IMG/VR virus record: IMGVR_UViG_3300042542_004481
Coordinates: 1 to 64,000 of that record
DNA from: an uncultured virus (IMG/VR IMGVR_UViG_3300042542_004481)
Taxonomy: Duplodnaviria > Heunggongvirae > Uroviricota > Caudoviricetes
Strand: one strand, 5' to 3'
Length of the DNA stretch: 64,000 nucleotides
This document shows, piece after piece, positions 26,478-36,502 of this stretch; the first letter of the stretch is position 1, and every line of letters begins with the position of its first letter. The position numbers were made by a program, and so were the translations under genes. Under the pieces are notes generated by a model. The model was given only the letters and a program-made list of their open reading frames with translations, did no database searches and was not told the origin of the DNA.

Positions 26478-26899
26478 ATCAACAAAAAAAAACTCTTACT
26501 CTAGGACAGGTTCTGCATTTGAAAGATAGAGGTGTAGAACAAATAATCATCAGATATTCCGGTGGAGGTGACAGTGGTCAGATTGATGAAACAACATATT
26601 CTGGACAAAGAATAGGAGAAGACCGGAGTGCCAAGGCTTTATCTATCTCAACAGAAGTGGATATTAAAATAGAATCCGTAGGATATGATCTTCTCGAAAA
26701 TATAGGTGACTGGTATAATAATGACGGAGGTCAAGGTACTATAGTGATTAGTGTAGCAGATCTTTACTACGAGATAAACGCAGAATATAATCCTGAACAA
26801 GAAGGAGAATACGACGAAGAAAAAGAAGAATGGATTCCTGCTGATACTCAACCTGATCCTTGGGAAGAATATTACGAAGGACACTTAGAAAAAGAATAA
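26474..26899 (+). CDS. Conserved hypothetical protein (DUF6878-like)
   Basis: YSGGGDSGQID, DWYNNDGGQG. Confidence 0.7.
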   Translation: MNQQKKTLTLGQVLHLKDRGVEQIIIRYSGGGDSGQIDETTYSGQRIGEDRSAKALSISTEVDIKIESVGYDLLENIGDWYNNDGGQGTIVISVADLYYEINAEYNPEQEGEYDEEKEEWIPADTQPDPWEEYYEGHLEKE

Positions 26900-26900
26900 C

Positions 26901-27242
26901 ATGGCACATCCTATTCAACATGCTGTATCAAGCGCTAAGAAATTTGGCGGTACACCCAGCGACTATTTACATATCCATGAGTGGTTCGATGCAACTAAAG
27001 CTTGGGTAGGACATAGCGCGCATAGAATATTTCGTCATCACTCTGAAGGAATCTTTGAGTGTGAAAAAGTATTTGGTGCAAGTTTTAAAAACAGTGAGGG
27101 AAAAACAGTATACACTCGTTATGTTGGTGAGCAACATGTACGGGAAGATTGCAATGGGCATATCCCTTGTGCAAAAGAATGGCTAGATAATTTCAAAGAG
27201 CCGAAAGAGTGGATGCTTAAAACACAGAAAATAGAAGACTGA
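26901..27242 (+). CDS. Conserved hypothetical protein (DUF6915-like)
   Basis: MAHPIQHAVSSAKKFGG...IHEWFDATK...HRIFRHHSEG...EQHVRED. Confidence 0.75.
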   Translation: MAHPIQHAVSSAKKFGGTPSDYLHIHEWFDATKAWVGHSAHRIFRHHSEGIFECEKVFGASFKNSEGKTVYTRYVGEQHVREDCNGHIPCAKEWLDNFKEPKEWMLKTQKIED

Positions 27243-27652
27243 TGAAGACCAAAGAACAATACGACTACAATGCTCTATACAAAATGCTAGGATCTCAAGA
27301 TGAAGAGTCTTATGTCCTAGGATTACAGTGTATAGAACATATGGATACAAAAGCAAACCTGGCAAGTATATTGCTTTTGTATAAAGCTTTTCCCGATAAA
27401 GGTATGTGGGGTGTACACGCCCCTATCACATTTGATAAGATAAAGAAGTTTCTAAATATAAACTCTTCTGAAAACTTCATTATTACTTATAGAGATATAA
27501 TGAGGATAATGAGGGATCAAATGGTAGAAAAAGATCAAGTAGAGATTTTCCTAAAGGAAGTTACTAGTATGGTAAAACATACTTTAGTAACCTATGGCTT
27601 TGATTTTATAGAAGATGTCACTCTTGTACTTAAAAATAATAACGATGAGTAG
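27242..27652 (+). CDS. Hypothetical protein
   Basis: Coupled 136-aa ORF. Confidence 0.7.
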   Translation: MKTKEQYDYNALYKMLGSQDEESYVLGLQCIEHMDTKANLASILLLYKAFPDKGMWGVHAPITFDKIKKFLNINSSENFIITYRDIMRIMRDQMVEKDQVEIFLKEVTSMVKHTLVTYGFDFIEDVTLVLKNNNDE

Positions 27653-28871
27653 TAAACTAAATGACGAGCTTGCAAAAGTCTGTAAAGACCTGATCCTAGA
27701 AGATCCTTTTTATGGTAGTTTCCTGATGATGCTAGATAAACAGTTTAGCGAAAAGGTTCCTACAGCTGGAGTATCTATACAGGGTATTGCATACAAGCTT
27801 TATATGAACGAGGAGTTTTGGAAATCTTTAAGCCTCGATCATCGTAAAGGATTGCTTAAGCACGAGTTGCTTCACATAGCACTGTTTCACCTGACAGAGT
27901 TTAAAGATCTTAATCTTAGAAACAAAGACATAGCAAATATCGCTATGGATCTGGAGATTAATCAGTATATTAAAAAAGATCTTTTGCCCGAAGGAGGACA
28001 GACTCTTGACTTATATCCTGAACTAAATCTTAAAGAAAAAGCTGGTACCCACTATTATTTTGACGAGCTTACCAAAGCTTCTCAAAATCCTGGTACCTGT
28101 CCTAATCTAGATAAGATGCTTGAAGCTTCGAATCAAGGGCTTAGTATATGTGTTGTAGAGGGAGATGGCTCAGGCCAAGAGATTGAGGTACAAGTGCCTG
28201 ATCACTCTACCTGGAATGATTCTGATAATATCGATGAGGCTACTAAAAAGCTAATTGATAATCATCTTAAGAACATCCTCAACGAGGTAGCGGATCAGAT
28301 AAAGAAGTCTCGCGGAACTGTTCCTGGAGAAATTGCAGGGATACTTGATAAAATAAATATTGAAGAGCCTCCCAAGTTTGATTGGCGAGGATATCTGCGT
28401 AGGTATGCTGGAGGATCTGTAAAGACCTATACCAAGAAGACCAGACGCAAATACAATAAGAGATTTGAAGAAAACCCTGGTTTGAAGATTAAGCAGAAGA
28501 AACATATTCTTGTTGCTTTGGATACTTCAGGATCGGTAAGCAACGAAGAGCTTAAAGAGTTTATGCAGGAAATCCACCACATCTATAAAACAGGTTCCGA
28601 TGTAACGGTTGCTCACGCAGACGCTGCTATACAAAAGATCCATCCTTATAATCCTAAGGATGAGTATAAGATCTATGGTAGAGGCGGAACAAGTTTTGAT
28701 CCTGTTGTGGATTATTATGTTGAAAACAAAAGAAAGTATACCTGTCTAATTTATTTGACAGATGGTGAAGCCCCGGCACCAGATGCCCGGGTCAATAAAG
28801 TATTATGGGTGCTGTCCTCTAAATCAAATATGACAGATCACCTTCCAGGACAAACAATCAAGCTTAACTAA
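27645..28871 (+). CDS. Metallopeptidase-like plus vWA protein (DUF2201 type)
   Basis: LKHELLH, NIAMDLEIN, ALDTSGSV, GRGGTSF, YLTDG. Confidence 0.88.
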   Translation: MSSKLNDELAKVCKDLILEDPFYGSFLMMLDKQFSEKVPTAGVSIQGIAYKLYMNEEFWKSLSLDHRKGLLKHELLHIALFHLTEFKDLNLRNKDIANIAMDLEINQYIKKDLLPEGGQTLDLYPELNLKEKAGTHYYFDELTKASQNPGTCPNLDKMLEASNQGLSICVVEGDGSGQEIEVQVPDHSTWNDSDNIDEATKKLIDNHLKNILNEVADQIKKSRGTVPGEIAGILDKINIEEPPKFDWRGYLRRYAGGSVKTYTKKTRRKYNKRFEENPGLKIKQKKHILVALDTSGSVSNEELKEFMQEIHHIYKTGSDVTVAHADAAIQKIHPYNPKDEYKIYGRGGTSFDPVVDYYVENKRKYTCLIYLTDGEAPAPDARVNKVLWVLSSKSNMTDHLPGQTIKLN

Positions 28872-28872
28872 T

Positions 28873-30366
28873 ATGGGAAACAAAAACAATCAGGTAAACC
28901 TGAACATCGACGAACTTAAAGGATTTGTTCGTCACATTGTTGATAACAATCGCCATCTACAGGCTCAGGGTAAAAATCCCGTAGCTGTAGAAGTTGTCGG
29001 TGAATCCGGCATCGGTAAGACCAGTTCTATCTTGCAGCTGGCAAACGAGCTAAGTGTAAACATGGTAAAGTTAAACTTAGCCCAAATCGAGGAGCTAGGT
29101 GATCTTGTAGGTTTTCCTGTAAGACAGTTTCAACTCTGTAAAGAGGGCAGTGTGGTTAAGCCGGCTGCAGTAAAGTCTGCAAAGACTGAGACCCGTATGG
29201 TTAAAAAGCTTGTTCCTCAAGAAGTCACTCGTGTTGAAAAGCAGATGGTAGAGGAGTTCGATGTAACAGAGACCAAGAAGCAGGTTCTAGAAGGTGGCCG
29301 CTTTGTTACTAAGGTTATTGAAACCAAGGTACCAAAGATGGTAGAGAAAGACGTAGAGGTTACTGTTACAGAGATGGTTGAAGTTGAGGTAGAGGAGACT
29401 GTAGTAGTTAGTGAAGAGGTAGGAATTGCGGATGTAGTATCTGATGGGGAGTGTATCTGGGCTGATGAGCAGGCTGTAGAAGAGTATCTAAAACGAGGCT
29501 ATCAGTTTACAGGACAGAAGCGCATGTCTTATTGTCCACCGGAATGGATTGCGGATAAACAAGGCGGTGGTTTCCTGATTCTTGATGACTGGAACCGTGC
29601 TGATATTCGCTTTATCCAAGCTGTGATGGAACTGGTAGATCGTCAGGAGTACATCTCTTGGAAGCTTCCTAAGGATTGGCACATTATCCTGACCGCTAAC
29701 CCGGACAATGGAGAGTATCTTGTACAATCGATTGACAATGCTCAGCGCACACGTTTTATTAGTGTAAACCTGAAGTATGATATCGATGTATGGGCACGTT
29801 GGGCAGAGTCTGCTCAGATTGATTCTCGTTGTATCAACTTCATGTTGATGCATCCGGAGCTTATGGATGAGGCGTCGAGCGGGATCAATGCTCGTTCTGT
29901 GACAAACTTCTTTAACTCTATCAGTAGTATTGAAGAGTTTGAGAAACAGCTTCCTCTTATCCAGATGATTGGTGAAGGTTCAGTAGGACCTGAGTTTACC
30001 ACTATGTTTACCACGTTTATCCACGGACGCTTCGATAAGCTAATTGATCCTAAGACAGTGCTCACTCACGATAATGAGGCGTATGTTATAGGAGAGCTTC
30101 GCGGTTGTATCGGCCGAGATGGAAACTATCGTCCAGATATTGCTAGTATCATGGGCCGTCGTATCACTAACTACAGCTTAACTTTTGCTGAGAAAAACAG
30201 TGTTGAGACGAAGCACATTGAAAGACTAGTTCGTCTTGTTACAGACGAAGATACCTTTATGAATGACATTAAATATGTCATGGTTAAACAGCTCATCAAC
30301 GGAAACAAACAGAAGTTCCAGAAGATGCTGACTAACCCGGAGGTTATCCGAATGGCAACTAAGTAA
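28873..30366 (+). CDS. MoxR-like AAA+ ATPase with a large insertion
   Basis: GESGIGKT, EELGDLVGFP, LDDWNRAD, LTANP, RSV; paired with the vWA gene. Confidence 0.88.
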   Translation: MGNKNNQVNLNIDELKGFVRHIVDNNRHLQAQGKNPVAVEVVGESGIGKTSSILQLANELSVNMVKLNLAQIEELGDLVGFPVRQFQLCKEGSVVKPAAVKSAKTETRMVKKLVPQEVTRVEKQMVEEFDVTETKKQVLEGGRFVTKVIETKVPKMVEKDVEVTVTEMVEVEVEETVVVSEEVGIADVVSDGECIWADEQAVEEYLKRGYQFTGQKRMSYCPPEWIADKQGGGFLILDDWNRADIRFIQAVMELVDRQEYISWKLPKDWHIILTANPDNGEYLVQSIDNAQRTRFISVNLKYDIDVWARWAESAQIDSRCINFMLMHPELMDEASSGINARSVTNFFNSISSIEEFEKQLPLIQMIGEGSVGPEFTTMFTTFIHGRFDKLIDPKTVLTHDNEAYVIGELRGCIGRDGNYRPDIASIMGRRITNYSLTFAEKNSVETKHIERLVRLVTDEDTFMNDIKYVMVKQLINGNKQKFQKMLTNPEVIRMATK

Positions 30367-30372
30367 TAACAT

Positions 30373-30405
30373 AAGGGGTCAGATTTTTCTGGCCCCTTTT
30401 ATTTT
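30373..30405 (+). terminator. Rho-independent terminator
   Basis: AAGGGGTCAGA-TTTT-TCTGGCCCCTT followed by a T-rich tail. Confidence 0.8.
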
Positions 30406-30412
30406 AACCATT

Positions 30413-31516
30413 ATGCTAAGAGAAGTATTCAAAAAACAGATTGTATTATTAAGCTCGCCTAATGAACCTTTAGTGTTTGCAACAAGGCTGGCTATAGATT
30501 ATAAAGATCTGAATGAGGACGCTATAGATGATTTGCTAAGCCCTCAAGATAGCTATGATTTCAAAGAAAAAGAGAAAGTATTCTTTTTGCCTGGATGCAC
30601 TATTGCTAGATTTAAGACTAATAATTATTTTAAATCTATAGGTGTAAGTTTAACTAAAAACAGCAAATCTGCCGACGTTGTTATAGTAGGTGAAGAAACA
30701 GGAAAAAGTATTCTTAAAAAAGATGTTGACCATTATAGTTGCTCCTTAGAATATCTTGAAGAATACATAGAAAAAAAGTATTCTATAGGAGATCCCGAAA
30801 GTCTTGAAATAAAAAACATTCTTGAATCAGACGATTGTTATCCTTATTTTATATTTAAAGATTATAATGTATATAGAGAATGGAACAATTATAAAACGGT
30901 AGCAACTCTTGTTGTAAAAAGTTGGATAACCGAGGAAAAAAGACTCAGAGATATTGAAGATGCTATACTTGAAGGAAAGATTATTGTTAAAGAATCTTTT
31001 CTTATGGATAAGTGTAATCAAACAGTAATGACAGAGGAGATGTATGAGGAAACAAGAAAGATATTTGAGTCTGCTGATAAAAACAATCATGTACTAGCTC
31101 TTGAGCTGATGGCAAATTGCAATTATCAAAAGTCTGCTATGTATCTTTTGATGTTATTTAAAGAGTTTAGATCTGCAATATATAATACATCAGAGTCGCG
31201 GCACGTAAACTTTAGCAGCTTGTGCACTTTCTTCGATCTTGAATTAGGTAACTGGATAGATTTTGATGATGTAGTAAAGAAGCTCATTGAGAAAAACTGT
31301 ATTACAAAGGAGGATTATAAAAAGTTAATAACTTTAGCTAAGGCAGAATTTGGAGATAATCTAGGTAGTGAATACTTTCGCTATTCCGATATCGAGCCTA
31401 CAGAGACATTTATCAATGCTCTAGAAGAAGCCGAACAAAAAGCACTCAAGATTTCTACTCAAAGTCCTATTCAAGCTGAGACTCAAGAATCTATTATCTC
31501 AGAAGAACATGAGTGA
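30413..31516 (+). CDS. Hypothetical protein, possible BRCT-like N-terminus
   Basis: VFFLPGCTIARFK...SADVVIVG. Confidence 0.65.
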   Translation: MLREVFKKQIVLLSSPNEPLVFATRLAIDYKDLNEDAIDDLLSPQDSYDFKEKEKVFFLPGCTIARFKTNNYFKSIGVSLTKNSKSADVVIVGEETGKSILKKDVDHYSCSLEYLEEYIEKKYSIGDPESLEIKNILESDDCYPYFIFKDYNVYREWNNYKTVATLVVKSWITEEKRLRDIEDAILEGKIIVKESFLMDKCNQTVMTEEMYEETRKIFESADKNNHVLALELMANCNYQKSAMYLLMLFKEFRSAIYNTSESRHVNFSSLCTFFDLELGNWIDFDDVVKKLIEKNCITKEDYKKLITLAKAEFGDNLGSEYFRYSDIEPTETFINALEEAEQKALKISTQSPIQAETQESIISEEHE

Positions 31517-32534
31517 TAACAACGCTTTAGAACTAGAGTTCTACGCAGACAAATTTTATTTTAGTTACGGCAGCTTAAACAAGCTAGTCTATTCACCTCA
31601 GCTCTTTTATAAGGATTATGTCCTTAAACAAAGAGAGCAGGAGGCCACGCCAGCAACACTGCAAGGCAAACTCATCCATTGTCTTATATTAGACAAAGAT
31701 GCGTTTGACAAACAGTTTGTGTTGTTACCCGGGAATATGCCCAGTGATAACCCTAAGAAAGTAGTAGATCAAATATTTAATCACTGGTCGGAGCAAGTCG
31801 CTCTAGGTCAAGAGGTTAATATGAACGCTACACTTGATGACTATGGGGATATGATTTTAGATATCCTTAAAGAAATCAACCTTCATCAGTCCCTCAAAAC
31901 CGATCAACAAAGACTCGAGAAGATGCTCACTGAAAGTAATAAAGAATACTTCTCCTTCTTGATTACTGCAAAAGGTAAGGACATCGTAGATATCCCGACC
32001 CTAGAGTATTGTAACGAAATCGCAGAGCTACTCAAACAGCACTCAGAAGTCACTCAGCTTCTTGGTATAGATAACCAAGATGAAAACGTACAGGTGTTTA
32101 ACGAGCTACCGATACAGACAGAAACTGTGGATGGATACAGCTTCGGGCTAAAGGGTATCATAGACAATGTAAGTGTTGATTTTGGGAACAAGACAATCCG
32201 TATAAATGATCTCAAGACAACAAGTAAATGTCTAACAGATTTTCCTGAAACCGTAGACTTCTTCAAGCTATGGCTGCAAGCGGTCCTGTATAAACGTATG
32301 GTGGTCCAAGAGTTTCTTGTGAATAATAACATGGATCCCGAAGAGTGGAAGATAACCTTTAGCTTTATAGTAGTAGATAAATACAAACAGATCTATTGCT
32401 ATGAAGTATCTAAGGAAACCATGCAGAAGTGGGAAGAAGATCTCAAAGAGTATCTTAAACTTGCTGAGTGGCATTATTCCGAGAGACGCTACGATTTACC
32501 ATACAAACTCGCTCAAGGTAAAGTACTTCTTTAA
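31509..32534 (+). CDS. PD-(D/E)xK exonuclease (RecE/ExoVIII-like)
   Basis: FSYGSLNK, GKLIHCLIL, KGIIDN, INDLKT, WLQAVLY. Confidence 0.82.
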   Translation: MSDNNALELEFYADKFYFSYGSLNKLVYSPQLFYKDYVLKQREQEATPATLQGKLIHCLILDKDAFDKQFVLLPGNMPSDNPKKVVDQIFNHWSEQVALGQEVNMNATLDDYGDMILDILKEINLHQSLKTDQQRLEKMLTESNKEYFSFLITAKGKDIVDIPTLEYCNEIAELLKQHSEVTQLLGIDNQDENVQVFNELPIQTETVDGYSFGLKGIIDNVSVDFGNKTIRINDLKTTSKCLTDFPETVDFFKLWLQAVLYKRMVVQEFLVNNNMDPEEWKITFSFIVVDKYKQIYCYEVSKETMQKWEEDLKEYLKLAEWHYSERRYDLPYKLAQGKVLL

Positions 32535-32543
32535 CAATCCTTT

Positions 32544-33128
32544 ATGTCTAAACTAGATTCCTTGTATAAGGATTATGTCCAGAAGAGCAGGATATTTTTG
32601 TATCCCATGCTGGACATAAAACGTGGTGTAAGCGTCACGCCTATTCAGACTTATATAGGGTGGAAAGAACAGTATAGTTTCCAATCTGAGAAACTTATAT
32701 GTGTTTATCACCTTCGTAAGGATGAAGAATTTAGGCTATTCGAGAAACAGAGACTGATGGGTCACCCATTATTCTATGATTTCAAAATGACAGATGACGA
32801 CAAGGGGGTGTATGTTTTTGATTTTAGCAAACATCGACACGACTGGGACAATTTCCTTAAAGGAAAATATTCAAAGCTTAGTCCGGATCTTAAGAAAAAG
32901 ATCCGGGCTTTCTTTGGTAGTGCTAATCTAGGTTACATAGACAGCTTTCTTTATCCCGAAAGATACTTCAAGTTATATGCGGAGTTGCTTACAACTCAGA
33001 GAGAAGATGAAGGGAAGATGCTTGGTATTTTAAGAGAGGTAGGAGAGCTATGCTCTAAACCTGATATGGAGCAGGAGCTCCTAATCGCAACAGTAAAAGA
33101 TTTGCATATCAATCCTAAAAGTGTTTAA
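32544..33128 (+). CDS. Hypothetical protein
   Basis: QKSRIFLYPML...GKYSKLS; 194 aa. Confidence 0.75.
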   Translation: MSKLDSLYKDYVQKSRIFLYPMLDIKRGVSVTPIQTYIGWKEQYSFQSEKLICVYHLRKDEEFRLFEKQRLMGHPLFYDFKMTDDDKGVYVFDFSKHRHDWDNFLKGKYSKLSPDLKKKIRAFFGSANLGYIDSFLYPERYFKLYAELLTTQREDEGKMLGILREVGELCSKPDMEQELLIATVKDLHINPKSV

Positions 33129-33153
33129 TTTGTCGAAACCAACTATTACAACC

Positions 33154-33570
33154 ATGTCACAGAAATCAATGATGTTAATCACATCTTCATGGATGGAGCG
33201 TAAGACGTTCCGTCTCATGCCTATTACAACAGATTGCCCATACTCAGAAGGTATTTATGATCCGTCAGACAAAGTACTTGTTCTGGTAAGTAAGAATACT
33301 AAAGAGAGCTTCCACATGTTGGCAAAGCTTGATGAGCAAGGTGATCCACAAAAATTGAAAAGACCTCGCGCTAACGGTAAACCATACCCAGAAGAGCGTC
33401 GGTCACTGGAGACATTTCAAGAACACTATATTACAGAGACAAAAGAGATTGAAGCAATTATCAATATGTTTGCTCACAATGCTGAAGACTTTGATTATAA
33501 GTCTTATATGGCATCTACTGGCCCAATCATGACGCCAGAAAAGCCGGCTATTGAAATTGTAGGCCGATAA
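33154..33570 (+). CDS. Hypothetical protein
   Basis: In-frame ATG (MSQKSMM); TFRLMPIT.DCPYSEGIYDP. Confidence 0.7.
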   Translation: MSQKSMMLITSSWMERKTFRLMPITTDCPYSEGIYDPSDKVLVLVSKNTKESFHMLAKLDEQGDPQKLKRPRANGKPYPEERRSLETFQEHYITETKEIEAIINMFAHNAEDFDYKSYMASTGPIMTPEKPAIEIVGR

Positions 33571-33589
33571 TATAATTTAGTAATCATGG

Positions 33590-33615
33590 AAAAGCACGGG
33601 ATGACCGTGCTTTTT
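33590..33615 (+). terminator. Rho-independent terminator
   Basis: AAAAGCACGG-GATGA-CCGTGCTTTTT. Confidence 0.7.
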
Positions 33616-33653
33616 CTATCTCAGGGGGAACGGCTTAACCGAACAATTACGCT

Positions 33654-35567
33654 ATGAGCATGACTAGTCATTGGGTCATGGACTATGAGACCTTAAGCAA
33701 CTGCTTTATTGCGGTGTTTGAACACTATCAAAATACAGAAAGAAGGATCTTCATAGTACATGAGAAAATAAATCATCTCAAAGAGCTTATAGCTTTTTTG
33801 GAGAAGAATAGTAAGAACAAGGAGTGGCACATTTCCTTTAATGGTCTAGCCTTTGACGCGCAGATTACTGAGTACATCCTAAGAGAAAAGGATATCTTAT
33901 TAGAATCTAGCGCTCACGATGTAGCTGCAGCTCTGTATCAGAGAGCTCAGGATATCATATCCAGGCAGGACCGAGGAGAGTTTCCAGAGTTTAGCGAGAG
34001 AGATTTGAAGATAAAACAGGTAGATGTATTCAAGCTAAATCACTGGGACAATCCGGCCAAAAGATCCTCTCTGAAGTGGATTCAGTATAGTGTAGACTGG
34101 GACAATATTCAGGAGATGCCTATACATCATAGTACAGCGATCACCTCTGTTAAACAAATAAACACGGTGATCGATTATTGTATAAATGACGTGAGGAGTA
34201 CTAAGGAGATTATGCGACTCAGCTCTGAACAGATAAATCTGCGGGCGACTCTTACAGGCGAATATAATATCACCCTGTATAGTGCATCAGAACCACGGAT
34301 TTCAAAAGAGCTATTCTTATTGTTTTTGAGTAAAAGTACTGGCATACCGAAGTATGAGTTAAAGCAAATGAGGACGCGTAGGGATAGGATTGTAGTAAAG
34401 GATATCCTCTTGCCTTACATCGACTTTAAAACACCAGAGTTTAAAAAGCTACAAGAAGCTTATCGTAATCTTACGATTAATCCTTCAAGTATAAAAGGAG
34501 CTTTCAAATATGTAGCAATGCATAAAGGTGTTAAAACAGAATATGGCTTAGGTGGTTTGCATGGTGCCGCTAATAGTGGGGTATATGAGTCTACTGAAGA
34601 TATGATAATCATGACTTCAGATGTGACAAGTTTCTATCCTAATCTGGCTATCAGAAATGGTTGGTCGCCGGCACACTTACCTAAGGAAGAGTTCTGTAGA
34701 TTGTATGAATGGTTCTTTGAGGAAAGAAAAAAGATACCTAAAAAAGATCCCAAGAACTATGTTTATAAGATTATACTCAATGCAACATATGGTTTGTCAA
34801 TAGAGCCTAACTCGTTTTTATATGATCCGCAGTTCGGGATGCAGATCACTATTAATGGGCAAATGCTATTGACGATGTTGTATGAGATGCTGTCAGAAGG
34901 TATACCTGGATCAATCCCGCTAATGCAGAATACAGATGGTTTGGAGATGATGATACCTGCAGGAGCTGAGGAAAAGTACATGGAGATTTGTGCAGAATGG
35001 GAGAGGATAACTAAGCTTCAACTTGAACATGATCAGTATAAGAAACTCATATTGGCGGATGTGAATAATTATATTGCCGTGTACAAGAATGGGAAGACGA
35101 AGTGTAAAGGCAGATTTGAGTTTGAGGGACTAGCCTTGCATAAAAACAAGAGCCAGCTCATTATACGCAAAGCAGTCTTTAACTATTTCGTAAACAACGT
35201 CCCTCCGGAAAGATATCTTTTAGAAAACAGAAACATCTTTGATTATTGCGCCGGCGTAAAGATCAAGGGTGACTGGGGGTTTAAGCAAACATGTGTGAAG
35301 AACGGTGAGGTTACTTATGAAGATTTGCAAAACACTATCCGATATTATGTATCCAACGGAGGATGTAAGATCATTAAGGTACACAAGTCTGACGGTAGAC
35401 AAATACAATTAGAGGCTGGTCCATGGATGCAGACTGTATTTAATAAAAACGTCAAGAAGAAGTGGGAAGAGTATGATGTGAATGACGATTATTATCTAGA
35501 GTATATCTATCGAGAGATAGCAAGCGTAGTTCCTAAAAAATCACAACAACTTAATCTTTTTGAATAA
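33654..35567 (+). CDS. polB: DNA polymerase, family B
   Basis: ExoI DYET, ExoII FNGLAFD, ExoIII YCINDV, motif A SDVTSFYPN, motif B KIILNATYG, motif C NTDG. Confidence 0.93.
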   Translation: MSMTSHWVMDYETLSNCFIAVFEHYQNTERRIFIVHEKINHLKELIAFLEKNSKNKEWHISFNGLAFDAQITEYILREKDILLESSAHDVAAALYQRAQDIISRQDRGEFPEFSERDLKIKQVDVFKLNHWDNPAKRSSLKWIQYSVDWDNIQEMPIHHSTAITSVKQINTVIDYCINDVRSTKEIMRLSSEQINLRATLTGEYNITLYSASEPRISKELFLLFLSKSTGIPKYELKQMRTRRDRIVVKDILLPYIDFKTPEFKKLQEAYRNLTINPSSIKGAFKYVAMHKGVKTEYGLGGLHGAANSGVYESTEDMIIMTSDVTSFYPNLAIRNGWSPAHLPKEEFCRLYEWFFEERKKIPKKDPKNYVYKIILNATYGLSIEPNSFLYDPQFGMQITINGQMLLTMLYEMLSEGIPGSIPLMQNTDGLEMMIPAGAEEKYMEICAEWERITKLQLEHDQYKKLILADVNNYIAVYKNGKTKCKGRFEFEGLALHKNKSQLIIRKAVFNYFVNNVPPERYLLENRNIFDYCAGVKIKGDWGFKQTCVKNGEVTYEDLQNTIRYYVSNGGCKIIKVHKSDGRQIQLEAGPWMQTVFNKNVKKKWEEYDVNDDYYLEYIYREIASVVPKKSQQLNLFE

Positions 35568-36397
35568 TGCCAAAAAAAGCTGGTGTTACAACAAAAGAAA
35601 TGCTTAAGCAAGCACCGCTTCCTATGGCGACTTCTAGTTACACAGTCATATCACATGATTTTGTAATGAGTAGCGTAGAGGCGGAGCTAGCTAAAGCAAA
35701 TCTAGAAATAGAGCGAGAGCTTTATAAGATGTCCAGTAATGGTCAAATAGCATCTGGAGTATTACACCTAAATGCCGGTGATGATCAAGAGATGCGAATG
35801 ATGTTTGCTTGGGCTAATTCGTATGATAAATCGATGCGCTTTAAATGTGCTATCGGTGGCTACCTTACTAAATCAGGTAGCATTGTAGTTTCTGGTAACA
35901 TGGGAACCTGGGGTAGAAAACACACAGGTACCGCTGATCAAGAAACGTTACAAACAATCACTCATCAGATTGAATCAGCAAATGTGTATTATAGTCAGTT
36001 GCTCAAAGACAAAGAGAACATGAAGAATGTTCTTCTTACTGAAAGAGAAAGAGCAGCAGGGCTTGGAGTAATATACTTTGAACATGGGCTGCTCAATACC
36101 GAGCAGACTATGATTATTAAAGACCAGATGAAAAAGCCGAGTTATGATTATAACTGTGATAAAGATAGTTTGTGGGCACTTTATTGCAACGTAATCTATT
36201 CTCTACAAAAGTCTCATCCTAAGACTTGGTTGGATCAACAAAGGCTTATTCACTTTTTCTTATGTGATCATTTTAATATCGAGTCCTCTGTACAGCCTTT
36301 ACCTAAGGTAAAACAACCTGAAGTAACTGGTGGATATCAGATGACAATTGACGATGTGATCGCAGAAGAGGAGGCAAATAATCAGATTCAAATGTGA
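35567..36397 (+). CDS. DUF932-like protein
   Basis: SYTVISH, NSYDKSMRF, RKHTG, SLWALY. Confidence 0.65.
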   Translation: MPKKAGVTTKEMLKQAPLPMATSSYTVISHDFVMSSVEAELAKANLEIERELYKMSSNGQIASGVLHLNAGDDQEMRMMFAWANSYDKSMRFKCAIGGYLTKSGSIVVSGNMGTWGRKHTGTADQETLQTITHQIESANVYYSQLLKDKENMKNVLLTERERAAGLGVIYFEHGLLNTEQTMIIKDQMKKPSYDYNCDKDSLWALYCNVIYSLQKSHPKTWLDQQRLIHFFLCDHFNIESSVQPLPKVKQPEVTGGYQMTIDDVIAEEEANNQIQM

Positions 36398-36502
36398 AAG
36401 ATTTAAAAGAGAAATATAAAAACTATGAGAGGAAGAACACCCTTAGAGGGTGGCTCTTCCACTTGTGGCTTGTTTTTTTATCTATAATAACCCACAAAAA
36501 CA

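Noticed and set aside
29140..29450. Intein in the AAA+ ATPase
   Set aside because: No C-terminal His-Asn followed by Cys/Ser/Thr and no Hint or endonuclease motifs
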